Assembly (NCBI GenBank): GCA_964057225.1
Contig: OZ059894.1
Coordinates: forward strand, 14,508,001 to 14,572,000
Origin: Auanema rhodensis
Taxonomy: Eukaryota > Animalia > Nematoda
Direction: 5' to 3'
DNA: 64,000 nt
Both the position numbers and the translations under genes were made by a program. Of the stretch, positions 1 through 14,007 are shown piece after piece. The notes beneath the pieces were generated by a model. It was not told the origin of the DNA, ran no database searches, and saw only the letters and a list, made by a program, of their open reading frames with translations. The stretch's first letter is position 1. Every line of letters begins with the position of its first letter.

Positions 1-815
1 ATCAGGTGAGAAGTTTTCAATAGAATATGTTAAAGAGGTTTTCCTCCATTTGAAAGCAGCTCCTGAATATTGCAGTTCAGGAAGATATTTTGAACTTTTG
101 CATTGTTCTACCTCCACTGGTCACAGCAGCTACATCAATGACTCCACAACGTGGCTCAGCCATTTTTGTTTTAGTGTCTTCATCAAGTTCTCCAGTATTT
201 TTCAGTCCAGCAAACTCTTGGAATTTTCTGGAAACAAGCTTAATACATGATTTGCTCTTCTTGCAACACCCAAAAGATCAATCATAATTAATATTCTTAC
301 GAGACAGCCTTCTTCAGCCAACTAGTGGATGAACCAAAATCAGCAGTCATGCCATTTGGGGATGAACCCAGACTATTACTAGGACCTATATATCCGAAAT
401 CTTGTAAATATTTCTAAAAATTAAATAAAATAATTTTTTAAACATCGTTTTTATTTTATTTTCTTTGTTAAATTCTTTGTTAAAACATGAAAACTTCCTT
501 TTTAGATTTTTGTCGTGTTTTAAACTTTTCTTACAAATGAATCTTCTCTTGATAAAGACTAATATAAAGAAAAAAAAAGAAAAAAAAGTTGAAATGATCA
601 GTCATTACGATTGATGAGCCGATTTCTCAAAAAATATTTTAGTTTCTTAAAGTATAACTTACTTTAGCTTTATCATCTGATACTGGCCGAAATTTTGATT
701 TTATTTTATGAGCTGTAGATGATGCTCCATCAGCTATTTTACTAATAAAATCAAAAAATCCAGCTTCAACTGTGATTATAAAAATTCCAAATAATATCAA
801 ATATTTAATTCTCAT
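1..815 (-). CDS. zmp-3: Matrix metalloproteinase (zmp-3-like), 5' part only; continues off the window start
   Basis: Spliced translation MRIKYLILFGIFIITVEAGFF..(signal peptide)..KYLQDFGY..KFQEFAGLKNTGELDEDTKTKMAEPRCGVID (cysteine switch)..FKWRKTSLTYSIENFSPD (start of catalytic domain). TTTCAG acceptor just 5' of the ATG. Paralog assignment is from recall. Confidence 0.85.
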
Positions 816-2056
816 AATTATCTGAAAGATTATTATCAGTATTTTTCATAAAATATATTTAAATTTTTGAATAACAAAAATAAAAATTCGTTGAAAATGT
901 TTCAAAAGATGTAATGAAATAACATTTTTCATAAAGGAATATATAACTTTATGAATTATTTCTTTCAAGATTTTTAGAAGATAATTTAAACCGGTTTAGT
1001 ATATAAGCATTAAATATATATATATATAAATATCTTTATTTATATATAAAATTTAAAATAAAAATAAAAATAAATAATAATATTTAAAGAAAACAGCCTG
1101 CCAGATAGATTGTAGAATGAATGTTCTCTTAATAATTTTATTGAATCAAGAAAAATTTTGACAACAAAAAAAGAACAATGGCTTTGAAATCGATTGACCT
1201 ATCTGTTACAACAACGTTCCAATCGGTAAAAGGTGGAGAAAAAGACATTGCCTTTTGAATTTAATGGCTTTTCATACACATATTACTGTATATTTTCTCT
1301 AATTTCTCTTTTATTTTCATAATGTATTTGAAGAATATTTGGCCAATCCACACAGGAAGTTGTCTCATCAGCTAGACCATGTGAGAGAAAGAGAATTGAA
1401 AGAGTAAAAGTGTGAGAAGAAGAATGATAGAACCTTGAAGATCATCAACATATCTAGTAGTATTAGTCATTAAAATATATAAATTATTCTAAAAATAGTT
1501 AAAATCGTGTAAAAACTTTATATACTATATGCATGTTAATATAAAAGTTTTTATAAAATTGTACTTGTATTTCATTTAATAAAGAAAATTTTATTATAAT
1601 AAACATTTATTATATAACATTTACAGCAGTTTTTTACTTGATGTGTAAGGAAGAGATCACACTATTAACCAAAATAATGCCCGCATATAGTTTAAAAAAA
1701 AACTGTATTTATGTATATATATATAGTATATATAGTATATACTATATATATATATAATTATAAATTATAAGAAAAGAATTGATGAATAGATGAAAACATA
1801 TTTCAATTTGAGATTGATATACATGTAATATAGTATCAGATATATTAAGTATGTAATAATACTCGTAATTATCACTGGTAATCCAAAAAAAAACTTCGAG
1901 AATGAAGTTGGATGGACAAAAAAAAAAACATTTTTTTCTAAAAGAAAATGATAAATTTAGTTTATAAAAGGTACTCGTATTGATATGTTGTACAAAATTA
2001 TAAGATTTAATATCATATAATATTGGAAACAACAGTCCTGATATATTCTGAAGATG

Positions 2057-2060
<4 letters not shown>

Positions 2061-2108
<48 letters not shown>
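2061..2108. repeat. (TC)n microsatellite
   Basis: About 24 perfect TC units. Confidence 0.95.
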
Positions 2109-2110
<2 letters not shown>

Positions 2111-2180
2111 CTTTTTCTTACTATTTTAGTCTCTTTTCATTCTATTAATATATACAAAATGAATTTTCCTATTAAAAATT

Positions 2181-4931
2181 TTAAATCATTCGATTCAAAT
2201 TTGAGGATATTGTTGCATCTTTGTTCAAACGAACAAGAGAGCTTTTCTGTTCCTGACTACTTGAACGTAATTCATAATCATAAACTGCCGAAAATGAGAA
2301 TCGTTTACGGAGATCAGTCATAACACCTTTACGTATGACACTACTGAAATAAATTAAAATAAATTAAAATTTTAATTATATATTATGATATTAATATAAA
2401 ACTTACCTAAAGAAAAGATATAAAAGTGGATTAACAAATGAATTTGCAGCAAATACTACCATAACTGCCCAATTCCACCATTTTCCTTGTTTAGCTAATT
2501 GAGTAATGAATATCTTCAATATTTAATATATTATTAAAAATATAATTAAAATAATAAATACAAACCTGGCCAACAACAAATAGTATTGTATTGATAATAC
2601 ATGGTACTAATAAACGTGTTTCAATACTCATTTGACGTTGAGCAGCAAATAATGATGATGACATTGAAGCTCGTGAATATCGTGAACGTAATTCTAAAAA
2701 AAATAAATTATTTTAATTATAATAAAATATATAATAAACCTAATGTTCGTTGTCTTTGTCGTTTAAACAGCATTATTAGAGCAGCTACATAAAATGGAAA
2801 TGGTAGTATCATCAAAACAACATTACAAGACATGTAATAAGTACTTGTTCCTCGTGTTTCATATTCATACCAATTAGCTTCCATTCCATAATTTTGTGGG
2901 CTATACCATAATGGTTCAAACCATACAAACTAAACATATACAATTAAAATTAGAACAACAACAACAAATATTTGTAACGAACCTGATGTTCAACCATTGA
3001 CTGTATTAATCCCATAAACCATGGTAAAATACAAATCAGTACACATGTTCCATAAGGTAATGTTCTTAAAAATGAAAATGTTTCGAAATTCTCAAACAAA
3101 AACAAAATTTTATTTTTTTTTATAAAAAAAATGAAAAACAAAAGAAAATTACCTGAACCAGTTTGGCCATTGAACTGCTGCTAGTCGTGACCAAGCTATG
3201 ATAGTGTAATGATAAACCATTGCCCACCTGTAAAAAAATATATTTCAAAGATACTTATTAGAAAAAAAAATCAGATACAACCGCTTATTGTCATGAAAAG
3301 TTTAAAAAATGAATTATATAGTTCACGTGAATTTCACATGTTCATCTTCTTAGTTATTCAATTTTTTTTTGTGAAAACTTGCATAGTAAATGAAGTTTTA
3401 GATTACTATGAAACTTTATTCCAAGTTGCAAACCTACCACGTGAAATCCAAGTAAATATGAGCATGCCATCGGACTGATATGGGTAAAAGTTCATCTTGT
3501 GTTAATATAACTATGCCTGGCCACAAAGCAAACTAAAAGAAAAACAAAGAATTATTGATATATCAAAGCTTGAAATTCAAATATATTTATTTCAAGTTTA
3601 ATTATCTTATAATTATAAACTTAAATTCTTGTGTACGGGGTTCCATATTTAAAATAAACAAAATAAATGTTTTAAATACATTTTTCATTTTTAAAAGAAA
3701 AAAATTATTTTAATTTCCTTATTTTGGAAGACATTGCGGATAAATTAGCTTATAATTAAGTTTTTTCTTCAATGTTTAATCATTTTAATTATTCCATCAC
3801 AATCTAATCAAGTTTATTGGTTTTCATGACAATTTAAACATTAATGATGCAAGTTGGAAAATAAAGAAATTTGTAATTCATAATTACTGAAATTAAAAAA
3901 ATGTTTCCCTTCTAGATAACAAAAATGAAGAGAATCATAAAACTAATTCATGTTTTCACTGTAATATGAAACCTTCTCATCGCGCAGTTGTATCCCCTTC
4001 TAGTCCCAATCGCCTAAAAGTGGTTTATAGGACACGTGCCTTTCACTCTTGGCTTCTTTCGTCTTTTCTGATCTCAAATCTCGTCATTCCAGGAAAAGCC
4101 TGTTGTATCAACTTGATGAAAACATCCACAACGGCTTTGGCCATCCGTAACCGTATATGCGTTTCAAATTTCTTTCAATGGGGCTTGCGCAAAATTCGAA
4201 ACCCTGTGACAAGAAAGGAAACAGATGCCCTCAGGCGATCAGCCCGATCACGTGAGCAAATAGTTTTGCTAGAGGTCCTTACCATTATGGATTTTCAAGA
4301 GCTTCTCCCTCTGTTTCCTTTTGAAAGTCTTTCTCTGTTTCTCTTTTCCCTTGGTATTCAGCGCTCCTTCACCTTATAATCTCGTCTACTTTATGTGTTC
4401 TCTGTCGTCCCCCCCTCTCTTTCCCTTCCTATACCTATACCGACTATGTATCTGCTGAATTTTCATAGTAAAAAACCAAAATTTCAATTAGAATAGTTAA
4501 GTTGATTACTAAGTCAATGGAATTCAATTAACTATATGGCATTATAAAGATTTTTTTGAATCAAAGATTAAAAGTAAAATTAGTCATTTATCAATCTTCC
4601 TAAAACTTTTTTAACATTCACCAAAAATTTAAAAATAATTTAAAAAAAACAAATGTATATATAGATAAATAAATTTACCTGAATCATAAGCAAAATATCT
4701 GTTAATGCCTGACTAATGAGAAAACGAAATCCTACTATCTCACTAGCCATACGTATCATTGACGTTGTTATGAGGAAATATAAGGCAATTCCTAAAACAA
4801 ATACAATAATTTGTTTGTTATAAACATAAAAAGTTATAAAATAACATCAAAATATAAATTATATCTGACAACTTACCAGCAATTCCAAAAAATAGAAGAA
4901 AAAAGCCAGCGGCTGCATCTGACGGGCTCAT
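2181..4931 (-). CDS. Serpentine 7TM chemoreceptor-like GPCR (Srx-type), about 9 exons
   Basis: Exons join as MSPSDAAAGFFLLFFGIA|GIALYFLI..FRFLISQALTDILLMIQ|FALWPGIVIL..|WAMVYHYTIIAWSRLAAVQWP..|..ANSFVNPLLYLFF|SSVIRK..RMI*. Seven hydrophobic segments, NPxxY motif, TTTCAG before the ATG. Confidence 0.85.
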
Positions 4932-7372
4932 GCTGGACTCTTCTCTGAAAAAAAAGTGATGATGATGAGATGAAATGATATGAATTCAAGTTTATAATAT
5001 ATGAGAGTACGCTGGAATATGTGAGGAAGTTGATGAGGCTGTTGACTGACAAGAAAATCTCGATGATAAGGTATGATTGTGTATGATGGGTGGAGAAAAT
5101 ATTAAAAGAAAAAAAAGTTCTACAATGAGCTAATAATTTGAAGGGCAACAAAAAAAGTTTGCAGAAAAAGGTTTGGTCAATAAAACGATTTGTAGAAGTA
5201 CTTGAAGCCGTGAAGAAGTTGAAAGAACAAGCTGTCGGCATTGAAAAAGCAAAGTGGATGAGGTGGACTGTGGGCGTCGTCAGTTCAGCTGAAAGACTAG
5301 CTATTGCTCAGAGACATTATAGAAGACAATAATGAAACCAACGAGAATGTGGATATCAAGAAGAACGACATTGCGCTTCATCTTGATATGAGATACTTAT
5401 GGAAATCCTTTAATGGCATACCAATGTATCAAAGTGAAATATTTAAGGCTTAAACATTGAAACCATCATTCCGGCGGTCATGTTCTCAGGGGCAACCTAC
5501 AGCTCCATTAGACGCGATGTTTTTCAAAGAAAAAAAAATAATTTGTTAGGAAAAAGCTGATGGTTCTGTTGAAGATAGATAGATAGCTTAGCTTATACGG
5601 AGTGAAAATGAGCCGCGATGTGACCCCCGAGGGCAAGAACGGCCAAATATGCAAGTTTAGAATTTCAAAATTCTCACAGATAACCTCAGACTTGAGTCTG
5701 CGGAGATTTTGCAGAACAAAACGAGACAAAGAAGAGCAACATGCTGATGCTCTTCCTCTATACTCTCTCTCTATACTCTCTCATTTTCAAAATTTTGCTC
5801 TGGCTCTTTCGTACTCAATCGTTTTTTTACTGGTCTCCTGTCTTTCATAGAGTATGTCATCTCCTCTTTCTGTTTCGATGACTCCCGGAAACAGGTCTGC
5901 ACTAGAAATAGAGATGATTATAATTATGACATGAAGATCTCAAACCAGACAAATATTTCTATATAAGGCCATGCTTTCAGACAGAGTCAATGCGCCAAAA
6001 GGTTTCAAAACCGAGCAATTGAACTTGGCTCACAAAATGTTCAAAGAAAAATTTAAAAAAACTGATCGCAAAAGACTTTTTGAAAATTTATTACGCGAAT
6101 GGTAAGCCTAATTCTCTGGAGAAGATGAAGAACGAATGTGTAGAAATGTTTTTTGAAACGTGTATGTGGTGAACAGATGGAGAAATAAATCGGATGTCCT
6201 CGTTTCTCTTTTTCCAAAAGAGAGGAATAGAAAAAGTTACGAGGGAAAAAGAAAGAGAAAAAGAGAGAAAGAAGGGGGAAAGAAGAGAGAGAGAAAAAAC
6301 TATATTAAATTTCTATAAACAATTATATTTTAAATGAATCGACTTCGAATCGTCTTTCATTTTACCTGTCTGAATGGCAATAACGTCCAGACAATCCAAT
6401 GTCCAAGTGGCTTGATAAGAACCGATTCGTGTGAATAGGCTCAACCTTGTTGACTTTCTAAGCCCTATTCATGTGTGACAAGATTATGTCTTGTATGAAT
6501 CTCTCTTTTAACTTTGCAACCCCGATAGTTCAAATAATTCTTAACAATGAGCAGACGAAACCGCAACGATCAGTTCAGCCGGATGGATGGGCATCGTTCC
6601 GCCTACATGTTGATCCACCTCAATGAAATGCGAAACCTTTACACAGTAAGAAAATGAACAACTTTCTCTTCATAGCTTTCCCTCATATGTTGTCTGACCC
6701 TTTTTCATTCCAAGACTTCTTTGATTCTCTCTCTTTTCCTCTCATACTTTCTCTCTCTCTAGTCCACTCTCTCTGTATAATCTTCCACTTTCAACTTCTA
6801 CTCTCAGATATACACTTCATCATCGTGAGATTACCATATGAAATAAACAATACAAATAATAATAACATTTTTAATAACAAAAAAAATTTTTTTTTGATTA
6901 AAATTCAAAATGCGAATCGTTTGATGAAATATTGGAATTCAAACGATCTCAATTTATTGCTCAGTTGAGAAGATGATCAAATAGAAAACAGAGCTAAAAC
7001 CTTAAATGCCATGTTCAAATAGATCTATTTCGAATTTTTTTTCAGAACATTTCAGGAAATTTTTGGTGAAATTGTTGACAAGCCAATAAAAATCTTGAAA
7101 CGAAAAGTTATTCTTTTTTTTTTTTCATATGAATGTTCATCTTATTTACATAAAATATTTCAAAATGTTATAATCTTAATGAAAACAAAGAAAATAAAAA
7201 GAAGAAATTTTAAAAATTTTCCACTTAAATTATTATTCATAATAACGAAATAATAAAAAATATAAAAATGAAAAATCGTTTGATAATCTTATAATTCAGA
7301 CATATTTTAAAAATCAAATTTTAATAAATATTGTTAACTATAATGAATTTTTATGTGGTTCACTACGAAAAA

Positions 7373-7384
7373 AATGACGTCATT
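7373..7384. promoter_or_regulatory. CRE-like palindrome AATGACGTCATT
   Basis: Perfect TGACGTCA inside a 12-bp palindrome in a divergent intergenic region; function untested. Confidence 0.35.
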
Positions 7385-8307
7385 CGTATATATCAGAAGT
7401 AAAACATCGGAATAAAGTTGTTGAATGATATTCACTTTTGAATGAATATTTCATTAGTTTAGCAACTATCTTCAGAGAGATAAAAAAAAACATTTTCCAT
7501 GCATTTTCATTATTAGGTTTTCAAACTTTTTTTTTTTTGAAAAATGTTTCAACAATAAAATATAAAAAAAACTTAGGATAATGATGATATAGTTTGCTCG
7601 AAAGAATACTAAGCATATATAAGCTTTTGTGGACAAAATCATGTAAAAGCTTGCGGCAATTTTCATTTGATATTGGGCCCACGAATGATGAAGGGCTCTC
7701 TTGCATGCTTGCAATAATGCTTCATGAAGTAAAAGTATGAGAAATGCTGAATGCAAAAATATAAATATATATGTAAGTCTAAACTTTGTGAAGTGAAAGG
7801 TACTCTTTGTAAAAATGAAAAGTATGACAATTTTCTTTTAAATTCCTGTTCATTCTAGTAGCACACTTCAAGTCCAGAATCACGTATGACATGCAAAAGT
7901 GTCTGTTAGATATGTATGACACGACAAAACGAGTGCTTAATATCATCCATCAAATCAAAAATCATATTATAATATTAATTTCATTTTATTTTTATATCAA
8001 AAATAAATATATCAGTTGTTAGATGATGTCATTTCTTATAAAATTGCAAAAGAGAGACAACAATCCTTCAAAAAATTTGATGATGAAGAAAATGGCAAAT
8101 ATGAGGTTTGTTTTACAAAACGTTTATAACAAAAATGAGAAGAAATTACAATCTTGAACAAGGATGATGGAATAAAGCTTCCAAATAAGACAAAAAGAAA
8201 AACAAGTTATATTGACTGTACAACAATCATATGAAAAAAAATACATTTTTTATTCGAAAATTTAGTTTTAAAATCCAAAGAAAATTGCTGTGAAATATGG
8301 AATTAAG

Positions 8308-8320
<13 letters not shown>

Positions 8321-8346
<26 letters not shown>
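8321..8346. repeat. (GA)n microsatellite
   Basis: Perfect GA run. Confidence 0.9.
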
Positions 8347-8353
<7 letters not shown>

Positions 8354-9013
8354 AAGGTTGGGGACTCATGCTTAACTACTATACTTGGACACCTCCATTA
8401 GTTGAACCCGATGTTGAAACCTTGCTCCTCCTGATTCTGTTGCTCTAGCTGCAGCCTCCTGCTCTCTCCGAAATGTTTCCATATAAATGCAGAACGTTAA
8501 GTAGTCTTCTAGATGCATTTATCATTGAAAGGAGAAGGGTGGGCTTGTTTGTCTATTAGCTATATGGTATAGTTAATGAGAGATTTCAATTTTAATTTGC
8601 GAACAATATGAAGAAGCATTTGCATACAAATAAACAGAGACACATGCACACACGATGCACATAACATGTACACAAACATAAATTGTTATATGTTTGTCAT
8701 AAAGTTTCGAAATAATCATTGAAAATGAGAACTTTTTAGCTCTAAAAAGGTTTAAAAGGCTTTTGCTTACCAAGTTTTAGCATATAACGTCAAGCTTGAA
8801 ATTAAAAGATTAATGAGGAATAAGTGGGTGGAGTACGTAAGCTTGTGTTCCATGAGGATAAATGGTATTAAGGTATATCAAACATATATTTGACTAGAAG
8901 GACTTCAAGTTCTTCGTCATAAATACGTACCGAAAAAATGAATTATATTGCCCACATGATGATCACGTAACTTTCATTTTAATACGTAATAGAATGAGAG
9001 AGATAAATGTAAT

Positions 9014-9026
<13 letters not shown>

Positions 9027-9067
<41 letters not shown>
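9027..9067. repeat. (AG)n microsatellite
   Basis: Perfect AG run of about 20 units. Confidence 0.9.
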
Positions 9068-9076
<9 letters not shown>

Positions 9077-10165
9077 CAAGGGGAAAAAAAGAGGGGGGAG
9101 GGCAACGGGGAGAATGAGAGAAAAAGAAAGAGAAAGAGGGTAACAAGATCAAGTGCAAGTAAAAAGAGGTGAAGACATCATACGTGGCTCAGATTCTAAT
9201 AAACTGAATCGTTATTAGAAATAGTGAATGAATTAAGAAATAGCCTCCAGACGATTCATCAAATGAAAAATTTGTTGCGATTCGTGGTCTCTCCATCTTC
9301 TCTCGATTTAAATTTGAAATTTTCATTTGAAATAAGCAGAAAGGAAACTCAGTCTTATCTTTTTGACCAATGCAATCTTTTTTTTCAAAACACTCTGATT
9401 AATGTATACGATAAAGATAAAAAAATTTTAAAAAGAAATACAGTTATTTATTCAAAGATTACACAAAAGGTTTGAACTTTGTTGAAATGCTGGAAAAATC
9501 AAAAAATTAAATAATGATAACGAGAATCAAATCAGAATTAGCTTGAATCAGTTGTAGTAAATAGTTAGAACAATTGCTAAATATGGGAAAAGACGTAACT
9601 GTAGCCAAATGAAGATTCTCAAGTAGTACTGCTCGCAAGCATAGGCATATTCGTCTGCTTCAGTGTGCTTCTCATGCTCAATCCTCACGAAATTCTAGAC
9701 AAATCCAATGGCACATGCGTCATCAGCATCTTCGGAAGTAATTTAAGCTATTTGAACAAAGTGCACCAAATTGGTAGAGAGTCAACATAACTCCAGACAG
9801 ACAAGTCAGTCATGAATATGGATAAGCCATCATGCTCGTCATTTTCATCATCTTCATCATATAGAGCATCGTTATTGAGACATTAAGCTGCACAGTGAGA
9901 ATAAAGAAAAGTAGAGTATATATGAGAGAGTTAAAGAGATGAGGTAGAGAACAAACGAAAAGATGAGATGAAGTTGAGCTTAGTTCCATCCATCTAACTC
10001 AATTTCAAGATTCTGATGTTACAACGTCGAACAGGTAAACCAATTATCAATAGCAGAAAAATCAGATTCGAATCATTGGCATCTCTCTACTCAGAAGAAA
10101 TAAAACATTCAATTTTGAACTTTGTGCTTCAACGTTGTGCTCTTCCGAAACGTATGTTTCTTATT

Positions 10166-10175
10166 ATGACGTCAT
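10166..10175. promoter_or_regulatory. CRE-like palindrome ATGACGTCAT
   Basis: Perfect TGACGTCA about 1.4 kb upstream of the 4-TM gene. Confidence 0.35.
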
Positions 10176-11588
10176 TGAGGCGATGATTTGTTTATCCATT
10201 TGCAATGTGATGTGAATAGTCACATTTAGATGTTTTAATATCTTTATTTCGAAAATTTATTTCTAAAAATATATAAAATTCTAGAAATACATAACCATTT
10301 GACTGAAAATCGTATGTTATTTTCTTAAACTTTGCTCAAAACTTTTGCTGTCTGAATGAACAACTTAATCAGGAAAAGCTGGGTAGAGATGATGTTAGCG
10401 TGACGAGTGCGAGATATATCGTTCAGATCTCGAAAAAATCACTGAAATTAAGCTGAGAAACTAGAAAATCCAATCTTCTCTGTGCCGCTAACGTAGCCCA
10501 CATTATCCCAAAATTCTTGAATTCATTCATCTGTTCTGATTGGCTGTTGCCATGAATTTTGGCCACTGTTTGCCATGCATGGCTGTAAAAACACATATGT
10601 TCTTGTCCAATATTTCATCTATTTATCTATATTTATGATAATATAATATATAAAGGTATATAGGTAAATCTATTGTATATCAATATCTGATTATGTTGAT
10701 CATTTTCTAATAATAATACTTCCAACCACTCTTTCTTGCCTGCTTCTGCAAATACTAATTGAAAACTTTTCTCAGACGTTTTTTTTCTTTTTCTCTTCTT
10801 CTTCACCAAATGTTCTAATAAAGTTAATAAGATGAGACTTTGATTAGATTCAGGATTTGCTTGGCAACGATATAGTTGTCAAGCACGTTAATCCATAATC
10901 ATGAATATATGAGCATATTCCTCTCTTCTACATCCCTCCTTCTCTTTTCGTTTTCATTCATCCAGCTTTGCCTTTCAGCTCTTCCACCTCCTCTCATCGT
11001 CAATAAGCTTATCACTAGATTAAGCTCAGCTCATCTAGTTAGATATAAGAACTTTTTCCATTGATTTTCTTAGTTTCTCTTCTTTTACTTTATTTTTATA
11101 ATTTCTTTTACTTTTTTTTTCTCAATACTCCTTTTTAATAATAACTACTTTATATTAAATATATCAAATTATATTCTATAAGAAATTGATAGTTAATTCA
11201 TTTTTATTATTAGAATTACAGCTATTTAAATTGAAAATGTGCTTAAAAAGATAAAAAAGACAAGTAACTAGATCAAAATATGAAAAAATTATTTTTGAAA
11301 GTTGTTTCTCCAGCTTCATCTTCTCCTTTTCTTCTACTATGTTTGAATTTTTGCATATATTCCCATGCATCATACAACCTAAATTATAGTTGTCTACTTA
11401 ATTTTGCATTTACATTTCCATGGCCAATCCTCACTTTTCTCTAATTTTTAATGATGAAAATGTGAAATTTCAAATCTTCAATACCCAAATGCTTTAAACA
11501 AAATAAATTATACATATATATTTGTATATACTTCTCATTATTTTTCCCTTTTTTACGTTTTTTTTAGAATTTCTGATAATTTCTATCT

Positions 11589-13289
11589 ATGGTAAGTTTG
11601 ATGTTGTGTATACTACACTCTATTCACTTCGTTTATTACATTCGGCACTTTTTGTCTTTTTTTTAAAAAGTTTTTTCAAGTTTAAAATTAAAACTTTTGC
11701 AGCCATTTACCATCAGCAAGCCTAGAAGAGTTGTACTCACTCAACAAGGCGGCGATTCCAGCTCACCCAGGCGTAATACAGTGGACGTACAGGTAAGAAA
11801 TATTTCAAAAAACTGATTAAATTGTATCGAAGAACTACCTTAAGTTGAAAGAAGCTGAAAATGACGTAAGAAGAAATACAATAGATTTGCAATATAAGGA
11901 AGGACGATCTCGAAAAAATACTTTAGAGCTCAAAGTTAACGGAGAAGTTGTACAAGCTTGCTCTGATCCATCTCAGGTACGCAAAACCTATTTGAACATA
12001 AGATTGATTTCTATTACTTTATAAACTTAATATAAGAAACGTTCTTCTAATTTAATATTCGAACATTGATTCAGAATTCGGCTGAGAATAGTATGCCCGG
12101 AACTCCAAGACAGCCTCGAACATTCTCAGTGGTAAAGATGAACAGTGATTTAAATGGTTCAACGACTTCTGATTCTAAAGTATTTTTCTATAAAGCTAAC
12201 TACATACATGATTATTCATTTCAGAAACGAACTCAAAATTATCAATCTAGAGATCGTAATGTGCAAGATTTGAACTTTTTATGTTCATTTTGTACTCCTG
12301 TTCGTCAATTTTATTTCCTAAAAGCAATTTTCATCTTATTATGTTTAGTAGATATCATACATTGGGCTTATTTACTAAGGTAATAATCATCAAAAAATAG
12401 CTAAATTTCATTGTAAAAACTTTAAAAATCAATGTGTATATGAACGACACATGAAACCTCATACGGGATAATCTCTACTTTGGGTTTTCTCATACACAAG
12501 CTGATTTCTTTTGGCTAATACACTCATATGTGCATCGTATATTTCATTATTTAATCAATCTTCTTTAAGGGATGACAGCCAAAATAATCCAAATTCATGG
12601 AGGTTCTACAAAAAATTTCAATCTTTCGATTTGTATTATCTGGTAAAAAATTTAAAAAAGGAGAGATAGAGGATGAAAGTCTTTTTCAAGGTTGCTAGAA
12701 TGTTTGGAGATATATTCACATGTGTTCTTGGTCTTGGAGCAGCCATGTGGACAAGAAAACCGTTGTTAACCCTGCCATGCACAACAATTCAGCTTCTCTT
12801 TTTGTTTATAAGGTAATTTGTTGTCAAAGTCGTTTATTCTAAATGCTAACGCTATTGATTATGTTCATCAGAACATACATCTGAAACTATTTTTATATAT
12901 TTTCATTTCCTTTTCTGCACAAAGCTTTATTTTTATTTTTATTTCTAGAGCAATTGTCTGGGGAGCACGCGGTTATAACAAAGATTTCGTCAAAATACAA
13001 GCATCCAATGAAGATAAGGTATCAAATATATTTATAACATAAATGAATAAAAGAAAAAAGGAAAACGATTAGTGAAAGTTTACACGATTATTTCAAATCT
13101 TTTCAGGTCTTTGTCATTTGTGAATTTGTCTTACCTTTAATCTGGGCTTTGTTATCCGTCCTCATTGTTAGATCTACAAAGCGGATGAAGGAATATGAGC
13201 AACGTCATGGATATGCACCTCCTCCAATTATTGTTCTAACAGTAAAAAATGATGATAATGATGAAAGTGTTCAAATTGAAATAGCTTAA
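11589..13289 (+). CDS. Uncharacterised nematode four-pass membrane protein with a long polar N-terminus
   Basis: Canonical GT-AG exons join in frame: M|PFTISKPRRVV..RRNTVDVQ|LKEAENDVRRNTIDLQ..|..KAIFILLCLVDIIHWAYLLR|..|VARMFGDIFTCVLGLGAAMW..LLFLFIR|AIVWG..|VFVICEFVLPLIWALLSVLIVR..EIA*. Confidence 0.75.
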
Positions 13290-14007
13290 AAAAGCGTTTA
13301 AGAGTCTTTTAATTTACAAATAAATATATATATATAATTTAATTTAATATAACTATCAAACTGTTTGTAGTTATCCTGTTCTTGGAATATTGTTTATTAC
13401 ATATTTTTATAAATTATCGCTATGTAGGCCTTTTTTAAATACAAATAACACCTTTTCTTTTCAGGACAACAATATATATTTATATAATGTAAACAACTGG
13501 AATCAATCCTATTCCTGAACAGCATTTTTTTCTATAATCTTCAAATTGTATGCAAAGCAAATCAAACTAATTTCATGTGGCTCACGTGTCCACTTCCATT
13601 GGCATTTTTGACAATTCAGACAAATTAAGCGGTTGGGTGTTCAAATAAATTTATACGTTTAAACAACAACCAAGAGTTTTGTGTACGGCTTTGTTTATTT
13701 TTATCTTTACTTTAACAGAGTCTAAGACTAGTATGCTCTAGAATGGACAATAAATAGTGATGATTGAATCAATTAAAGACATTTTAATGATGAAAAAGAA
13801 AGCATTACGAGGTTCATTTCACTTAACACGGGTGGTTAAGATAAAATTACCATATCATCATGCTAAAGCGGAAACAGACCAGATTAATAAAATGAGAAAC
13901 ACCTTGTAGTTTTTTTTTTTCATTAAAAAAAGAACTATATGGTAAAATGATAGAAGATTATAAACAACCCTGATTATAGCCATTCAACGCTACTTTATAT
14001 TAACAGA

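Noticed and set aside
2054-2323. ORF with an SLSLSL tract
   Set aside because: Microsatellite artefact antisense to the last exon of the GPCR
7684-7750. C/D snoRNA-like ATGATGA...CTGA
   Set aside because: No terminal stem or recognisable rRNA guide; these motifs are common in AT-rich DNA
8484-8522. miR-232/miR-277-like seed TAAATGCA on both strands
   Set aside because: A mature sequence starting there would run through the loop, and nothing matches beyond about 11 nt
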